Shown here in pieces: positions 26,101 through 39,902 of a stretch of 64,000 nt of DNA; within the stretch, counting starts at the first letter, position 1; the number at the start of each line of letters is the position of its first letter. The notes beneath the pieces are model-generated. The model had not been told where the DNA came from, made no database searches, and saw only the letters and a program-made list of their open reading frames with translations. The translations under genes and the position numbers were made by a program. The DNA comes from the human T2T-CHM13v2.0 reference genome, Homo sapiens. Location: the NCBI RefSeq assembly GCF_009914755.1, contig NC_060926.1. One strand, given 5' to 3'.

Positions 26101-27152
26101 TTTCCATAGAAGTTGAACTTATTTACATACCCACGAACAGTATGTGAATGTTCCCTTTACTCCACATCCATAACAACATATGCTGTCTTTTTACAGTTTA
26201 GCAATAGCCATTTTGAATGGCTTTACATGATATTTCATTGTGGACTTAATTTGCATTTATCTGATCATTACTGATGTTGAGCATATTTTTATATGTTTGT
26301 TAGCCACTTGTATGTCTTCCTTTGAAAATAGTGTAGTTCATGTTCTTTGCTCACTTTTTAATGTTTTTTTTTTTCCCCCCTGTTTAGTTGTTTGAGTTCC
26401 TTGTGGATTCTGGATATTAGTTCCTTGTCAAATGCATAGTTTGCAAATATTTTCTCTGATTATTTAAGTGGTCTATTTACTCTGTTGATAATTTCTTATG
26501 CTGTGCAGACACTTTTTGGTTTAATTAAATCCCATTTGTCTATTTTTGTTTTTGTTGCATTTGCTTGTAGGGTGTCATCATAAATTTTTTGTCTAGGTTA
26601 ATGTCCAGAAGAGTTTTTCCTAGTTTTTCTTCTATGATTTTTATAGTTTCAGGTCTTACTTTTAAGTCTTTAATATTCAATTTTGTTTATCCATTCAAAA
26701 GACCAACAACTGAGTCCAAGAAATTATTTGTTATAATTTTGAGTTTTCTGAATTGATTAAGACTTGCTTTATGGCCAAGTATATGGTTAACTTTGGAGAA
26801 TGTTCCATGCACAGATGAAAAGAACGTATATTCTGTGGTCATTGGATGCAATGTTCCATAAAGGTCTTATAGGTACATTTGCTCTATAGTCCAGTTTACA
26901 TCCAGAATGTCACTGTTGATTTTCGGCCTTGATGATCTGTTTAGTGATGTCACTGGGGTGTTGAAGTCCCGTACTATTATTGTATTGCTATCAGTTTGTT
27001 TTCTTAGGTCTAGTAGTATTTGTTTTTTGAATCCGGGTGCCCCAGTATTAGATGCATACATATTTACAATAGTTAAATCTTCTTGTTCCATTGAAACGTT
27101 TATCATTATATAATGCATTCTTTGGTGTGTTTTTACTATTATTTAAAATCTG

Positions 27153-27464
<312 letters not shown>

Positions 27465-29449
27465 TTATCTAATGTAAGGATGGCTACTCTGGCTCATTTC
27501 TGTTCTTCATTTGTGTTATATATATTTTTCTATTTTTTTACTTTGAATCTGTAGCTGTCTTTAGTCATTACACCTGTCTCTTGTATACAGAAAATGGTGG
27601 AGACTTATTTTTTAACCCAACTTGCTACTCTGTATTTGTTAGGAGTATTGAGGCCATTTACCTTCCAGGTTAATATTATTATGTGGGATTTTGTTCTTGT
27701 CATAGTGTTGTTAGCTAGTTGTTTTGGCATTTCAGTTGTATGTAATGTTTTCTAGGATTTGTAATTTTTGTACTTAAGTGTTATTTTATGATGGTGAATA
27801 CTATCCCTTCATTTCCATCTTTACAACCTCTCTGAGCCAGTCAAGTAGTGACAAATTCCCTCAGCTTTTGTTTGTCTGGAAAAGACTTTATTTATTTTTC
27901 ATTATGAAGGTTAGTGTGGCAGGATACAAAGCTGTTGGCTAGCTTCCCCCTCCCCCACCCCAATGCTAAAAATGACCTCCTAAGCTATTCTGGCTTACAG
28001 AGTTTCTGCTGATAAATCTGTTATTAGTCTGATAGAATTTCCTTTACAGATGATGCTTCTCTATTGCCACTCTTAGCATTTTTTCCTTCCTGTTGACTTT
28101 GGATAGTTTCATTATCATATGCCTTGGTGTGGTTCTTCTTGGATTGTATCTTGTAGGAGTTCTCTGAGCTTCTTGTATCTGAATATTTAAATATTTCCAA
28201 AAGCCAAGAGATTTTTCCTGAATTATTTTCTAAAATATATCTTCCATACTTTTTTACTTTTTTCTTCCTCTCCCTCTGGAATACATATAACTCATAAGTT
28301 TGAACACTTTACACAGTACCATATTTCTCAAAGGATTTGCTCAGTTTTTAAAATTCTTCATTTTTGTCTGAGTTAATTCAAAATGCCTCTCTTTCAGCTC
28401 TGAAATTCTTTCACTCAATTTAGCCTATTGTTAAATATTTCAATTGTATTTTGTAATTCCTTTAATGGATTTTTCATTTCTAGGAGTTCTGTTTAGTCTT
28501 TTTGTAATGATGTCAATCTCTTCTTTATATTCTGAATTGCTATTGTGATCTATTTGTGTTGCTTTTCAGCTTTCTCTTTAATCTCATTTAGCTTCTTTAA
28601 AATGAACATTTTGAGTTTTTTATGTGGTATTTCAAACATTTCATTTTGGTTAAGATCCATTGCTGGAGAGTTAATGTAGTGCCTTGAAGGCATTGTGACA
28701 CTTTGTTTTTTTCCTATTTTTAGAGTTCCCACCCCCCCGCCCCCCCACACCCCGGCTTTTTCTCCTCTGGATAATTTATCTCCCCTTATTTTTTGAGTTA
28801 GATTTCATTTGGATGACATTTCCCACCCTACCCCTCATTGTGGAGGTGGCTATAATGTATGTTGTCTATGGTCCTTTGACTTTGGTCTGGTTGCTTTCAG
28901 TGACCAAGAGTCTGTTTTTAAGTTCCTTGGTTATAGATAGCCCTTTCATAGTGCCTTTTCTAAATTCTGGTTGTAGTAGTCATGTTCTAGGCATATGAGC
29001 AGGTTCACTGGCACCTATGAGGCTGAAGCGATATTGGTATCAGGAAGCTTATCTTGCTACCCAGTGCTACGCACTGGTGTTGAAAGATTTCCTATTGTGT
29101 TATGCTGTTTCTCCTCGAGGCCAGTGGGTGGTGCTCATGGGTAAGAGCCAGAGAACTTCTCCCAGTAAACAAGGATCAAGTATATATTCATTTGCATCAA
29201 GGATCAAGTATATACCCATCTACATCATCAGTCACAGCTGATACACATAGGTATGTATACTTATTCCTTGTTTACTGGGAGAAATTTTCTATTGTCTCAG
29301 ACAATGGGCTGATCTGTGTAATGCACAGTAGTCTGAGCTCCGTGCTCAGCCCTGGAGGGAAGGACCAAGATGACTGGGGCAGAGCTAGGCAGACCCACCT
29401 ACAGGTTCCCAAATGGTAGGCATAGGCACCATCTTTGAGGTGTGGTCTT

Positions 29450-30480
29450 GTGGATAGCCATCAAGCACCTAGAGGTGTGCCTAGGCATGGAATTGGAAGA
29501 CCTACATTGCCCTAAGTTCTCTGCATGGGAAGGGGGGTGGCCTAAACTTCTAATCTAGAAGAGTTGGTGCTCCAAACACCTGGAGATATGTCTGGGTGTC
29601 AAGCGGAAAGAACACCACTGCACTAACATCTCTGCAACTGAAAGGAAAGGTGGCTCAGGCTCCTAATCCATGCAAGTATATGTGCCTAATACATGGAAAT
29701 ATGCCCCAGCAATGATTGGAAAAACTGCTGTTACATGGGCTTTACAGGGGATGGGAGAAAGTACTTAAGTTCCTAATCTGGTTGGGGGGCAGATGTGTCT
29801 CAAGGTGGGTGATATGCCCAGGGAAGGAGCAGAGAAACTGCCACCACAACAAGATCTTTGTATAGGAAGGTCAGGACAGCTCAAACACCTAATATGTGAG
29901 AGTGAGTGTGCTAAATGCTTGGAGTTACATCCAGGTGTGGAGCAGAAGAAGTGCCACTGCACCAAGTCCTTTGCATGGGAAGGAAATGGTACCTCAGGCT
30001 CCTATTCCAGGAAGGTAGGTACACCAAAAACCTGGAGATATATCCAGGTGTGGAGCAAAAAGTTTACCTTTGCACCAAGATTTCTGCAAAGGGGATTGTG
30101 TAGTCTCCTAATCTAGGGTGGCTCAGTCTCCCAATCCAGGTGAGTGTTTACTTCGATTGCCTGGAAATGTGTCCCTCTGTGAGACGGGAAGTTATCACTG
30201 CTACAACAAAGATTTTGTAGGAAAAAGGAGGGGCACCTCAGGCTGATAATCCAGGTGAGCAGGTGTGTGCTGAATGCCTGGAAATATGTCTAGTCATAAA
30301 GCGGACAGGACTCCAGTGCCCCAAAATCTCTGCACAGAAAAAGAGCAAAAACTTACTAATCCAAGTGAGTGGGTGATCCAAATGCCTGGGAATATGCCTG
30401 GGTGTGAGGTGGAGAGAGGTTCACTGCACACAGATGCAAGAGAAGGATGGGTTGGACCATACTCCCAATTCAGGTGAGCA
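29450..30480 (-). repeat. About 9 diverged ~113-bp tandem monomers in the L1PB 5' UTR
   Basis: Recurring cctgga(g/a)atat..c.gg...ccactgcaccaag.tctctgca...ctcaggctcctaatcca near 29468, 29579, 29692, 29810, 29918, 30031, 30160, 30277 and 30385. Confidence 0.8.
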
Positions 30481-33182
30481 GGACTAGAGTGGGGCACTCT
30501 ACCCTGGTTGACCAAGGGAGCAGTCCGGGGCACCCAGCAATGGCATATGTAGGCTGGTTCCAAGTCACAAATCTGTCTCTGGCTGCAAATCCCAGATTAA
30601 ATCTTGGCTTGAGCAACTCTTCTTGCTGCAGTCTTGTGACTGGAGAGAGCTGATTCCAGTGCTTACCACTGAGGTGCTCTCCACACTTGCCATTCAATTC
30701 TGGCTGTGAGCATTAGTCCTCCAATGCAGAGCAACTACTCCAATCTCTGGCCCTTGACCAAAATGCCTGCAGTGGCTGCCGCTTCCAGGTCACCAAACAA
30801 CGACTGATGTTCTATAAGCCTGAATTGAAAATGATTTCCTCCTCTCAGTTCTGGGCATCGGAAAATGCCTACAGCTTTTCCCATTATCTTTTCCTCTGTC
30901 TGTCTCCTCAAGTTTTCTCCAGGGCTTCAGAGGAACTAGGTGCTCTCTCTTGGCCTGGGTTGCATGGAACCCTAGTGGGAAGGTGAATCACAGCAGGAGA
31001 CTCTGCTTCCTCATGTACTGGTGCTTCTCTCACTTTTATCAGCTGAATGCCATCACGGGGCTGCTTGCCCACTTTCTCCTCCCTGAGATCTGGGTTGTTG
31101 CTCACTATTCCAGTGAATTCTCATTTTCCTTCTTGAATTAAAGCTCAAAGAGTTTATCTTTATGCACTGTTTTGCTATTTCCAAGTGGCTGAGACATGCT
31201 AAAAGCCTCTAGTACGCCATCCTGGGGAAAAAAAGGTTTTATTAGCTTTTTTTGGAGCTGTTGTGATCTCCTGATCCCTTATAGTCTTCACGTCCTTGCA
31301 GTAATGTCTACATTCGTAGAGACAGCCACTCCTCTGGCTTTTATAGGTATTTTTTTGGCAGAGATAGGCCTTGCCTATTTAGTCTAGCCTATGATTCTAG
31401 ATGGGCCAGATGGTAACAACCCTGGGCAGGCAGGGCTTGTTTTAGGCTCTCTACATGGCTGGGCTGCTGCCCCTGCTCTGATTTTAGGTGAGACTGCTCG
31501 CTGGACTCCCTCTGCAGTGAAACCACTGGCTGAGCTCTGCAATTGAAGAGAGCTGCAGGGTGGCCACTACAGTTGCCTTTGACTGGGCCAGGCCACAGAA
31601 TGTGACTCTGCAATTGGCCACAGCTGCTGGATGGCCACTGCAGTTGCCCCTGATTGGACCTGGCCAATCAGATCTCACTGGGTCTGGCCTGGTATTCCTT
31701 GACCAGGTGGTACTGCTATTTGATATTTGTAATTGGACAAGGTTGCAGACTGGGCCCTGAAACTAGGCAGAGTCACTGCTTGGGATGGATGGGACCAGTT
31801 TCTATGCTCAGTAGCAATGACAGGTTGAGGTTTGCTTCCCTACCTAGGTCGGGTGGGCTTTGAGGCTGAGCTGAAAGCTCCCAGTGTAACAGAACTAGTT
31901 CTGGCACTTGCTGTAATGCGCTGTGGCAAGTTGTCTACCTCTCTGGGCAGGTGACATTCTTCATTTATCAAACTAATTCTACTATCGTATTGGATACCAA
32001 GTCAGTCACTTGCCACTTTAATTTGAATAGTTTAGATCAGTGAGATTTTTGTAGTATTGTGTATTTGCATTTAAGCTCTATGTGGAATAGAATATAGATG
32101 TCCTTTATTGAAGTAATTTTAGATGTCAGGAAGAAAAGATTTCCCCTCTTTTTCTAGGTTTTTTTTCTCTTTTCCCTTACTTTTCAAGAGAAGAATGGTT
32201 GTCACATCATTTACAGTCAATGTAATATAAGAGGTTAACCTCTCTGGAGAAAATATTGACACTTTTATACTTTAATAAGAATATCTGATATAGTTGTAGG
32301 AAGAATGGCATCATAATAGGCTGTGGAAGAAAAGGTAGAATGGAGAGATTTTTGAAGACCTCAACTTACATCTAACTCACAGTTGAACAACTATTTATGA
32401 TCTGTCTCTTTTTAACTTTAACTTTTATCTTATCCCAAGACAATTATATATAGCTCAAATTATAAAACTGACCCTAATCTTAACTCTACCTGCAAATTCA
32501 ACTCCAACTCTAACCATGAACACTATATTAATGTACACTGATGTGCGTTCATTTATTTCTGACTGATATATATCGATATAATCAATTGATGATTGATTAG
32601 AATGAATCATACTTTGCTGATGGGGTATAATTTGAATTTTAACAAACAATTTTTCTGGAAAACTAGTTGAAATACATATTCATGTTTTTATATTATAGAA
32701 ACTATGGTATATTTACAGCCTTTTAATCATGTATATAAAGAATTTTTATTGATTAAAGTAATCAATAAATGTAATACATCATAAATACTAAATCATAAAT
32801 ATTATCTTGAAAAACTCAAGAGTAAATGCTTAGTAAATATTGCTAGATATTTATGGGCTTATAGGTGATGTTTCTTTTCTCTCTCTCTCCCTTTTCTCTT
32901 TTTTCCATATTTTTCTAATATGTACAAATTAATTTTATAATCAGAAAAATAATAGGAGAAGATGGCATTGCAATTATGAAAAAAGTAGAAGCTAAATTAT
33001 ATATCAGTTGGGTTTTATATAAAGACAGAATGCAGAGTTCAAGTAAATGCAGAGTTTAGTTGATTCATCAAACGTTTATATGGGTAGGAAATCTATATTT
33101 ATACTTCCCTATAATCCCTTTGACAAGAAAACTTTTTTTTGGTAAACTTATTCTTGTTGAAATTTAGTCAAGAACAAAGATA

Positions 33183-33492
33183 GACTGGGCATGATGGCTC
33201 ACACCTGTACTCATAGAAGTTTGGGAGGCTGAGGCAGGAGGAGTGTTTGAGTCCAAGAGTTCAGACCAGCCTGAGCAACAATGAAACATCATCTTTACAA
33301 ACATTTAAAAACAAAACTAAACTAAACAAAAAAACAGGCATGGTGGCATGCACCTGTAATCCTAGTTACTCAAGTGGTTGAGGCAGGAGGATTGCTTGAA
33401 CCCAGGAGGTCAAGGCTGCAGTGAGCTATCATTATGCCACTGCGCTCCAACCTGGGAAACAGAATGAGATCCTGTCTCTACAAATTAAAATT
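33183..33492 (+). mobile_element. AluJ
   Basis: Diverged dimer with 'ggattgcttgaacccaggaggtcaaggctgcagtgagctat' and an expanded A-rich linker. Confidence 0.92.
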
Positions 33493-35949
33493 ATAACAAT
33501 AATTTCTGGTGGTGTACTTCTGATCAAATACTGCACATGCTCAAGCACATTCTCTGACAGTAGAAAACATCCCAATCATGTGTCATTATTACAGAAGTAA
33601 AAATTAATTTTTCTGATGCTTTATTATAGAAAGATAAATATTGCCTTAATGACTGAAGAAGTAATGCAAATTTTCCTTTTTTAAGAATAAGTAGATAGGA
33701 GAGGATGGGGTAGGGTTTAGAGACAGAGGAGGAGGAAGTTTCTTTACTCTTTAGGACACCTAATATATCACTAAAATAATGTCATACTGACTTATAAAAA
33801 TAGATCACAAATGCTTTCACTTTCTAAAACTTAGGGCATTCATTTGGATACCATACATTGATAGAAGCAAAACCAAGTCAAATATTAACACAAAATACAT
33901 TATTAAAAATTTATTCATTTATTAAGTCAACTTTGAAATTTAGTTTTTCAATATATTGCCAGAATTGATATAGAGGTTTCATAATAACTCCTTCCTGCCT
34001 CATTCATATGTTGATATATTCTACTTACTTTTCAGATTTCTATTGAGGGCAAAATCCCAAGTTATTAAATGGAAATCAGTCATGTTATCATGCAAACTAT
34101 TCTCTTACTAAAAATGACTGAAATTTTCTATAAACTTTCTTAATTTTTTTTCATTATAAAAGATACATAATTCCCAAGTAAGATTAGGGACACTAAGTCT
34201 AATATCTTTTTCATCACGTACTCAGCTTATGTAATTTTAGTAATCTAATACATGTAAATATAAGTAATATGCCTTTATGCTGCCTTAAAAATATTCAAAG
34301 TTGTGCACTTATTTAAGAGCAAGAATCACATCATCTTTCTAGAGCCTTCTTTGGACACAATGCAACACACTGAATAATATTGAATGACTATGTCTTGTAT
34401 AATTACTAGAAATTAGGTTCACACTAAATATACTGCTCCAAGATTTGTTTGAAATTTTATTCTTTCTTTTTTTAATCTGCTTTCTACTTGTATCTTTATT
34501 AAAACTCTAAGATTATTCATTAGAAACTTTGTCCATAATAAATTATAAAATCACCTTTGAAATTAGGTGGTGACCTTCTCATTGCAAATCCGAGTGAATC
34601 AATAGGAAACTTCGAAGAAATATTTTAATGCAGATACTATAATAAACAATAAGAAAAACCTATTATATCTGTTCAAACACTCTTTTAACTCAGAGATTTG
34701 ACATAGATGTGAAATATTGTTGTAGAAATAAATCAAAAAACAAATAATGAAATCTGCTGTTTCCTTTGTGGTGTGCATTTTAAAAAGTGGTTGAAAGTAA
34801 AATATTTTTGAAAATTTTATCCAGAATTGTTTTAAAAAACTAAGACACAAAAGAGGGAGAGTTGTTTATGTTTTACCCATCACAGTTGGTTGTGAATACA
34901 ACTGTACAAGTCTGGTGTTCTTATTCTAACTCAGCTTTGAGAGGCTATAAAATTTCCCTTGAAATGTGTTCAATAAGGCCAAAGAGCACAATGTTTAGAT
35001 TTCCCTGTTTATCCTTCCCATAGCACCCTAGCTGTCTCCAAGGACAAAACATCTTTGGTGCTTCACTACAGCTATTAAGTTATTTTTTGTAGCTTTAAAA
35101 TGTCAATTCCAACAAAGCATTAACATCCTGAAGAAGCTTCTTTCAATTTCTCACTTGCCCATGTCTTTCATTCCTGATGCTATCTACCCCAAAGATTTTT
35201 GAACTAACTACCTATAAAGCACACATTTATAAAAACATTTGTAAAGTGAATGTTTTTTAAAAAAAGACTGTCACCTTCTATAACAATCTTTGTAGCTTCT
35301 CTTCTCTGTGCAGCTCTGACATTTCAGTAATTGCTTCAACCTTAGTGCAGCCGGGCTTTGTGCTTTTCCTAGATGAAACATTTCCTTGACTCCTTATTTT
35401 AGAACTTCTCTACTTTGATTATTAAGGCACTAAGTTTCTCTTCCTTGGCCAACGCTGCTTTTAGCCTGTCAACATGTCTGAATCAAGTTTTTCCTCAGTG
35501 AACAGGGGAATCTCATGGTGAAAAGTGGTTCTACCATTTCTTGTCTTTTAAGGCTCGTTCTGGATGAACTAAACATACCTGTGGAAGTGTTTTTCCTGTT
35601 TTTTGTTTGTTTGTTTGTTTTGTTTTGTTTTAAATTTAATGAAGTAGATTGACATTTTGTAAAAACTACAAAGCTACTGAAAAGACATAGCTATAATATG
35701 CAGATCAGATGTTAGTGTCTTCTTTATGATTTGTGGATAGTCAGGATTGTTTCAAATTGAAATAAAATCCTGCAAGTGAATGTTGATGTTTGAGGAGGAA
35801 ATAAGCCAAAACAAAACAAATGAATAAGAAGTCACCTCTATTATCTTTGTTTAGGGCAGCAGACACTTTCGAGTTTTTCTGTTACCTGTTTCAGAGGTGG
35901 GATGGGGTGGAAATACAGAAGACTTAGATTCAGTGCATTTCAAAGAGGA

Positions 35950-36068
35950 TGCTATGGTCTGAATGTTTGTGGTCCTCAAAAAGTCATATGTTGAAACTTA
36001 ATCACCAATGCGATAGTTTAAGGAGGTGGGGCTGTTGGTTGGTGATCAGGTCATGAGGCCTCCATCAA
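35950..36068 (+). mobile_element. MST/MLT1A-type MaLR LTR, 5' fragment
   Basis: 'tgctatggtctgaatgtttgtg...catatgttgaaacttaatcaccaatgcgatagt...gtcatgagg'. Confidence 0.75.
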
Positions 36069-36099
36069 TCATTATGGCAGAAAAGAGGCAGCTAGGGGA

Positions 36100-37115
36100 T
36101 TGAACAGACAATTCATTGTGCCCATGTACAAAACTGACACATTTCTCTTGTACTCACATTTTATTGGCCAATGCAGTAATGTCAAAATGGGAAAAGCTCC
36201 TTTGTACCCCTCGCAGGATGTGCAATGGGGGTGTGGCTTGCTTCTTCAGTGCCTCACTGCTCACACCTCTAGGGGAGCATACAGACAGCAGGCTTCGGGG
36301 CTTTGAGACCACAGCAGTGTCTAGGGGTGGATGTTTACAGCTCCTGAAGCCCCAGTGGGTGTGTGTTACAGAGTGCCCTTTTAGTTTAGCCATCCATAGG
36401 TGGCTTGGGTTAGTCAGCTCAGTTAGACTTTCTACCTTGTTACAAGGACAGAGGGCTTTTTGTATCCCGGGTTCTTGCCTTGGTGTACTGGAAGAATCAG
36501 ATCACACATCAGCTTGGAGAATGAGTGCAAGGTTTTATTGAGTGGAAGTAGTTCTCAGCAGATGGGAGAGCCAGAAAGGAGATGATTTTCCCTTGGAGTT
36601 GGGCCACTTAGCTGCCCAAGCTCTCCTCCAACTGCCCTGGCCAAACTGCCTTGTTCCACAAGTCAATGGCCTGCTGGCATGCCAGTGTGCTCCTATGCCG
36701 GTGTGCTCCTATCCTGGTGTGCTCCTATGCCGGTGTGTTCCTCTCGATGTCCAGCTGTCTGTGTGTTCCTCTGCTGGTGTGCTCCTCTCGACATCCAGCC
36801 ACCTATGTGTCTGCCTGCTACAGTCTCAGAGTATTTATAGGCACAGGATGGGGGCATGGCAGGCCAGGGTGGTCCTGGGAAATGCAACATTTGGGCACCA
36901 AGGCAGGAGTGCCTGTACTCACCTAGGTTTGTAGGCACAGGCCTGGGGTGGAGCCCTAGTCAGGGACCACGCCCTCCTCTACCCAGTACTTCCCTTCACC
37001 CCTTCTCCATCATTTTAAAGAACCATGCCCTTCCCTTCCCAGAACTTCTGTATCAACATGACAGGCTAAATTAAAGAGGTGAGGAAGTGCAATTCTCCAT
37101 TCATAAGGAGAAGAG
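36100..37115 (-). mobile_element. Old MLT1 (J/K/L-like) fragment split by the LTR1 insertion
   Basis: 'ctcacattttattggccaatgcagta' joins 'acatgacaggctaaattaaagaggtgaggaagtgcaattctcc' across the insert. Confidence 0.55.
36183..37055 (-). mobile_element. Solo ERV1 LTR of the LTR1 family
   Basis: The minus strand begins TGATACAGAAGTTCTGGGAAGGGAAGGGCATGG...GTGGTCCCTGACTAGGGCTCCACCCC and ends GGAGCTTTTCCCATTT; AATAAA at 36534-36539(-); flanks ATGT and ACAT fit a CpG-decayed ACGT TSD. Confidence 0.85.
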
Positions 37116-37302
37116 ATAATGGAAACAGTAGAAATGTCTACATCTTTTATGTAACCTACTAAACTCTATTTACAAGTATCTTATGACTCATAATAGAAGA
37201 CACTTAATACAAAAATGATCACATTAAAAGACTTTTAGCCCTATTCTCTCTGCTAAATAATTCCAACTCTTCTCAATCTCTATTATAATCTCAACTTCTA
37301 AA

Positions 37303-37412
37303 CTTTTTAAAAAATTTGTATAAATTTAAGCAGTACAAGTGCAGTTTTGTTACATGGGTATATTGTGTATTAGTAAAGCCTGGGCTTTTAATGTAACCAT
37401 CACCCAAATAGT
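37303..37412 (-). mobile_element. Very short L1PB/L1MA 3'-end insertion
   Basis: 'tataaatttaagcagtacaagtgcagttttgttacatgggtatattg...gtaaccatcacccaaata'. Confidence 0.75.
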
Positions 37413-37489
37413 TTTTCTTCATTATTTTTCTGTACTCCTCTTTGAAAGCTAGATGTTAATTTATATAGCAAAGTGAGAAGGTAGAAAAG

Positions 37490-37705
37490 CAGAGTAATAG
37501 GAAAGCAGGTAAGATTCATATTCAAATCCCAGCTCTAAAATTCACTAGCTGTGTGGTCTTGGACCCATTACTTAATCTCTCTAAACTCAGCTTCCTCAGC
37601 TGAAATTTAGGGTGACCTATTATTAAGGTTTTGCAAAGAACAATTAATGTTTGTGAGCTCCTAATACAGTGCCTAGTACATAATAAGTACTGAATAAATG
37701 AACTA
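37490..37705 (+). mobile_element. MIR
   Basis: Core 'ttcaaatcccagctct...actagctgtgtggtcttgg...ttacttaatctctct...cagcttcctcagctg' and tail 'acagtgcctagtacataataagtactgaataaatg'. Confidence 0.88.
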
Positions 37706-38783
37706 ACTTCAGAGATGGGCACATATCCAGGACAATATATCTTTCCTTTTTTTTTTCTGTGAATAACTCTTGTTCTAGACGCAAAACATATAATTTCATT
37801 TATGCTATTTGTTAAAAGTTTGACTTTTGTTCTGAGCCTGTGAAGAGATGCTAGTAAGTAATTAAAGTGTGGAAAGTTGTGTGGTGTTTCTATTAAAAGC
37901 AGAGCCAATGGCACTAACACAATTTTCAAGTTATAGACTTGACACAGTTACTACAAAGACATTGATTCTGCTTCTCAGGCACCTCATTTTACAATGCACT
38001 GTTGTGGTTTAATTCTTAAAGTGCATATTCCATATTACACTTGGATTTTAAAACTTTGATAAAATTAAGTACAATAGAATTAATGTAAACTCTCTTTTAA
38101 CTTCAACTACTGTGATCTACAAGAAAGATTTTTAAAATAGTATATTTATTATTTCATATTCTTATAAGCAGGAATTTCAATGTTAGTCCCAAATGCATTG
38201 CTATGTTCCACTTTTATATTATAAAAATAATATGGAAGGCAAAGCTGATCTGTGTATTTCCAGACTCACAATAAAAAGGTAATTTCTCATGAGTGATGGT
38301 TTTACTAGAGACCACAGTTTTCATAAAACATCTGGATTACAATAGCTAAACGGGTTCCAATTTTTCTTAGATGTAAATACAATATCCATATGTAGCACAA
38401 CATGAAGATTTTCAGCTTTTCTTTCTTTTCATCAGCCTCTGAAGTCTCTGAATAAATCAAGAACTGTTTACATTTTCTTCACTGTTCAGCTTCATTTCCA
38501 TCTAGTTTAACATGTGTGGTGAACGTAATGTATTCATTTTTTTCAAGAAAATTCTCTATTTTTCTGACACCATGCATGATTCAGCAAGACACCATCAGAG
38601 TCAATAATAGCTCGGGTGAACTGCCTTCTTATCTCAGTTAGACTTCCTGAATACACTCTTATAAAGTAGCCTGCACGTTTTCTCTCTCATGACAATGATC
38701 AATTATATAATGGTTCCATACAGCTTTTATCTCAAATCATCCCATCCTAGGTAACATAATCTTCTTTTGGAAAGAATTTGAAG

Positions 38784-38817
38784 ATATATATATATATATA
38801 TATGCATATATATATAT
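38784..38817. repeat. (TA)n microsatellite, interrupted
   Basis: (AT)n run, then GC, then a second (AT)n run. Confidence 0.9.
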
Positions 38818-39349
38818 CAGAAGCTATCATTCTGTACATTTGACCTTAATATAATTCCTCCTAAGCCTCCGTTTAACCTACTTCTGGAACCACTAAAGTC
38901 CTTTAAACTAGCAAAGTGGGCTGCTGATCCCTCAATGCTGTTCTCCGTAATCACATCAGGCAGTCCTTGCTTATGTCTAATCTCTGATTGCTACAAATCT
39001 TGCTCAACTTCAAACCCTTGGTTCTGTATTTCCAAGTTTAATCATATTTCTGGTTCTAAGGATTTAGTAGAAATCTTTGCTTTTACCAGCACACTCATAT
39101 GAAAGAAACTCTTGCTCTGTCTACCCATATCTTCTTGATGTTTACACAGTCATGCTCTAACACTAACCACTAGATCATACCATTGCAGGTATTACAAAAT
39201 AAGACATCCACGTGGAGGAACTACAGAATACACAATGAATATTTTTTGGGGGGAGATATGCCCCCAAATATATGATATGCCCAAAATAATAGCCTACTTT
39301 CCACTCAAATTTGAGAACAGCAAAAATATTGCCTGCTCGTTGTGGCAAT

Positions 39350-39700
39350 AGATTGAGGGGTTATTATGTGCCTAGCACTGAGTTAAGTGCCAGGGATACA
39401 GTGATGGCTAAGAGAGACATGATTCCTGTCTCCTCAGGACCTACTTACAGTTTAATGGGTAAGATGGATAATTAAACATGAGGTTACAATGCCATGTGAT
39501 AAACTCTATGTTAATTTGTTGGTGAATGCATGGAATGACCATGTGCCTGTTTCTAAAGAACAATTACATAAACTTGGTCCTGAGAGGCAATTAGGTATTA
39601 ACAGAGTGAAGTGGTGGGCTTGCAGTAGAGGGTGACAGAGGTTAATAATCCAGGCAGAGGGAACATCATATGCAAAGGCACTAAAGATTTTGGTTCATTC
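39350..39700 (-). mobile_element. L2 3' region
   Basis: 'tatgtgcctagcactg...gggatacagtgatg...gacatgattcctgtc...caggcagagggaacatcatatgcaaaggcac'. Confidence 0.8.
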
Positions 39701-39782
39701 GATTCCATTGAATTGAAGTTTTGTTGCAGAAGATACTAAAATTATCACATAGCCTAAATATTATATTTTGCCACTTTAAGAT

Positions 39783-39902
39783 GCAGCATATTGGATTGAG
39801 AACAATTGTGATGTCAGAACCTATAAAATTGTTAGATTAGCTTTGCCACTGAGCAGGTACAGAGATGTGAAGTGACTTTCTATTGCCTCAGTTTGCTCAT
39901 CC
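39783..39902 (+). mobile_element. Degenerate MIR fragment
   Basis: 'ttgccactgagc...aagtgactttctattgcctcagtttgctcatc'. Confidence 0.45.

Noticed and set aside
29170-29214. 17-bp direct repeat CAAGGATCAAGTATATA separated by 11 bp
   Set aside because: It is a real but trivial micro-duplication in an L1 5' region, with no identifiable insert.
31548-31670. ~70-bp tandem duplication
   Set aside because: It lies in the L1M 5' UTR, where such internal repeats are common.
32410-32525. Degenerate CCCTAA/CTCTAA-like hexamers suggesting an interstitial telomeric repeat
   Set aside because: Only one exact CCCTAA is present and the rest is too degenerate to separate from low-complexity sequence.
36116-36934. 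141-aa and 130-aa ORFs
   Set aside because: They lie almost entirely within the LTR1 solo LTR and resemble no protein I recognise.
39240-39290. Small hairpin TTTGGGGG...CCCCCAAA with a repeated GATATGCCC
   Set aside because: It is too short to distinguish from chance or a minor slippage event.
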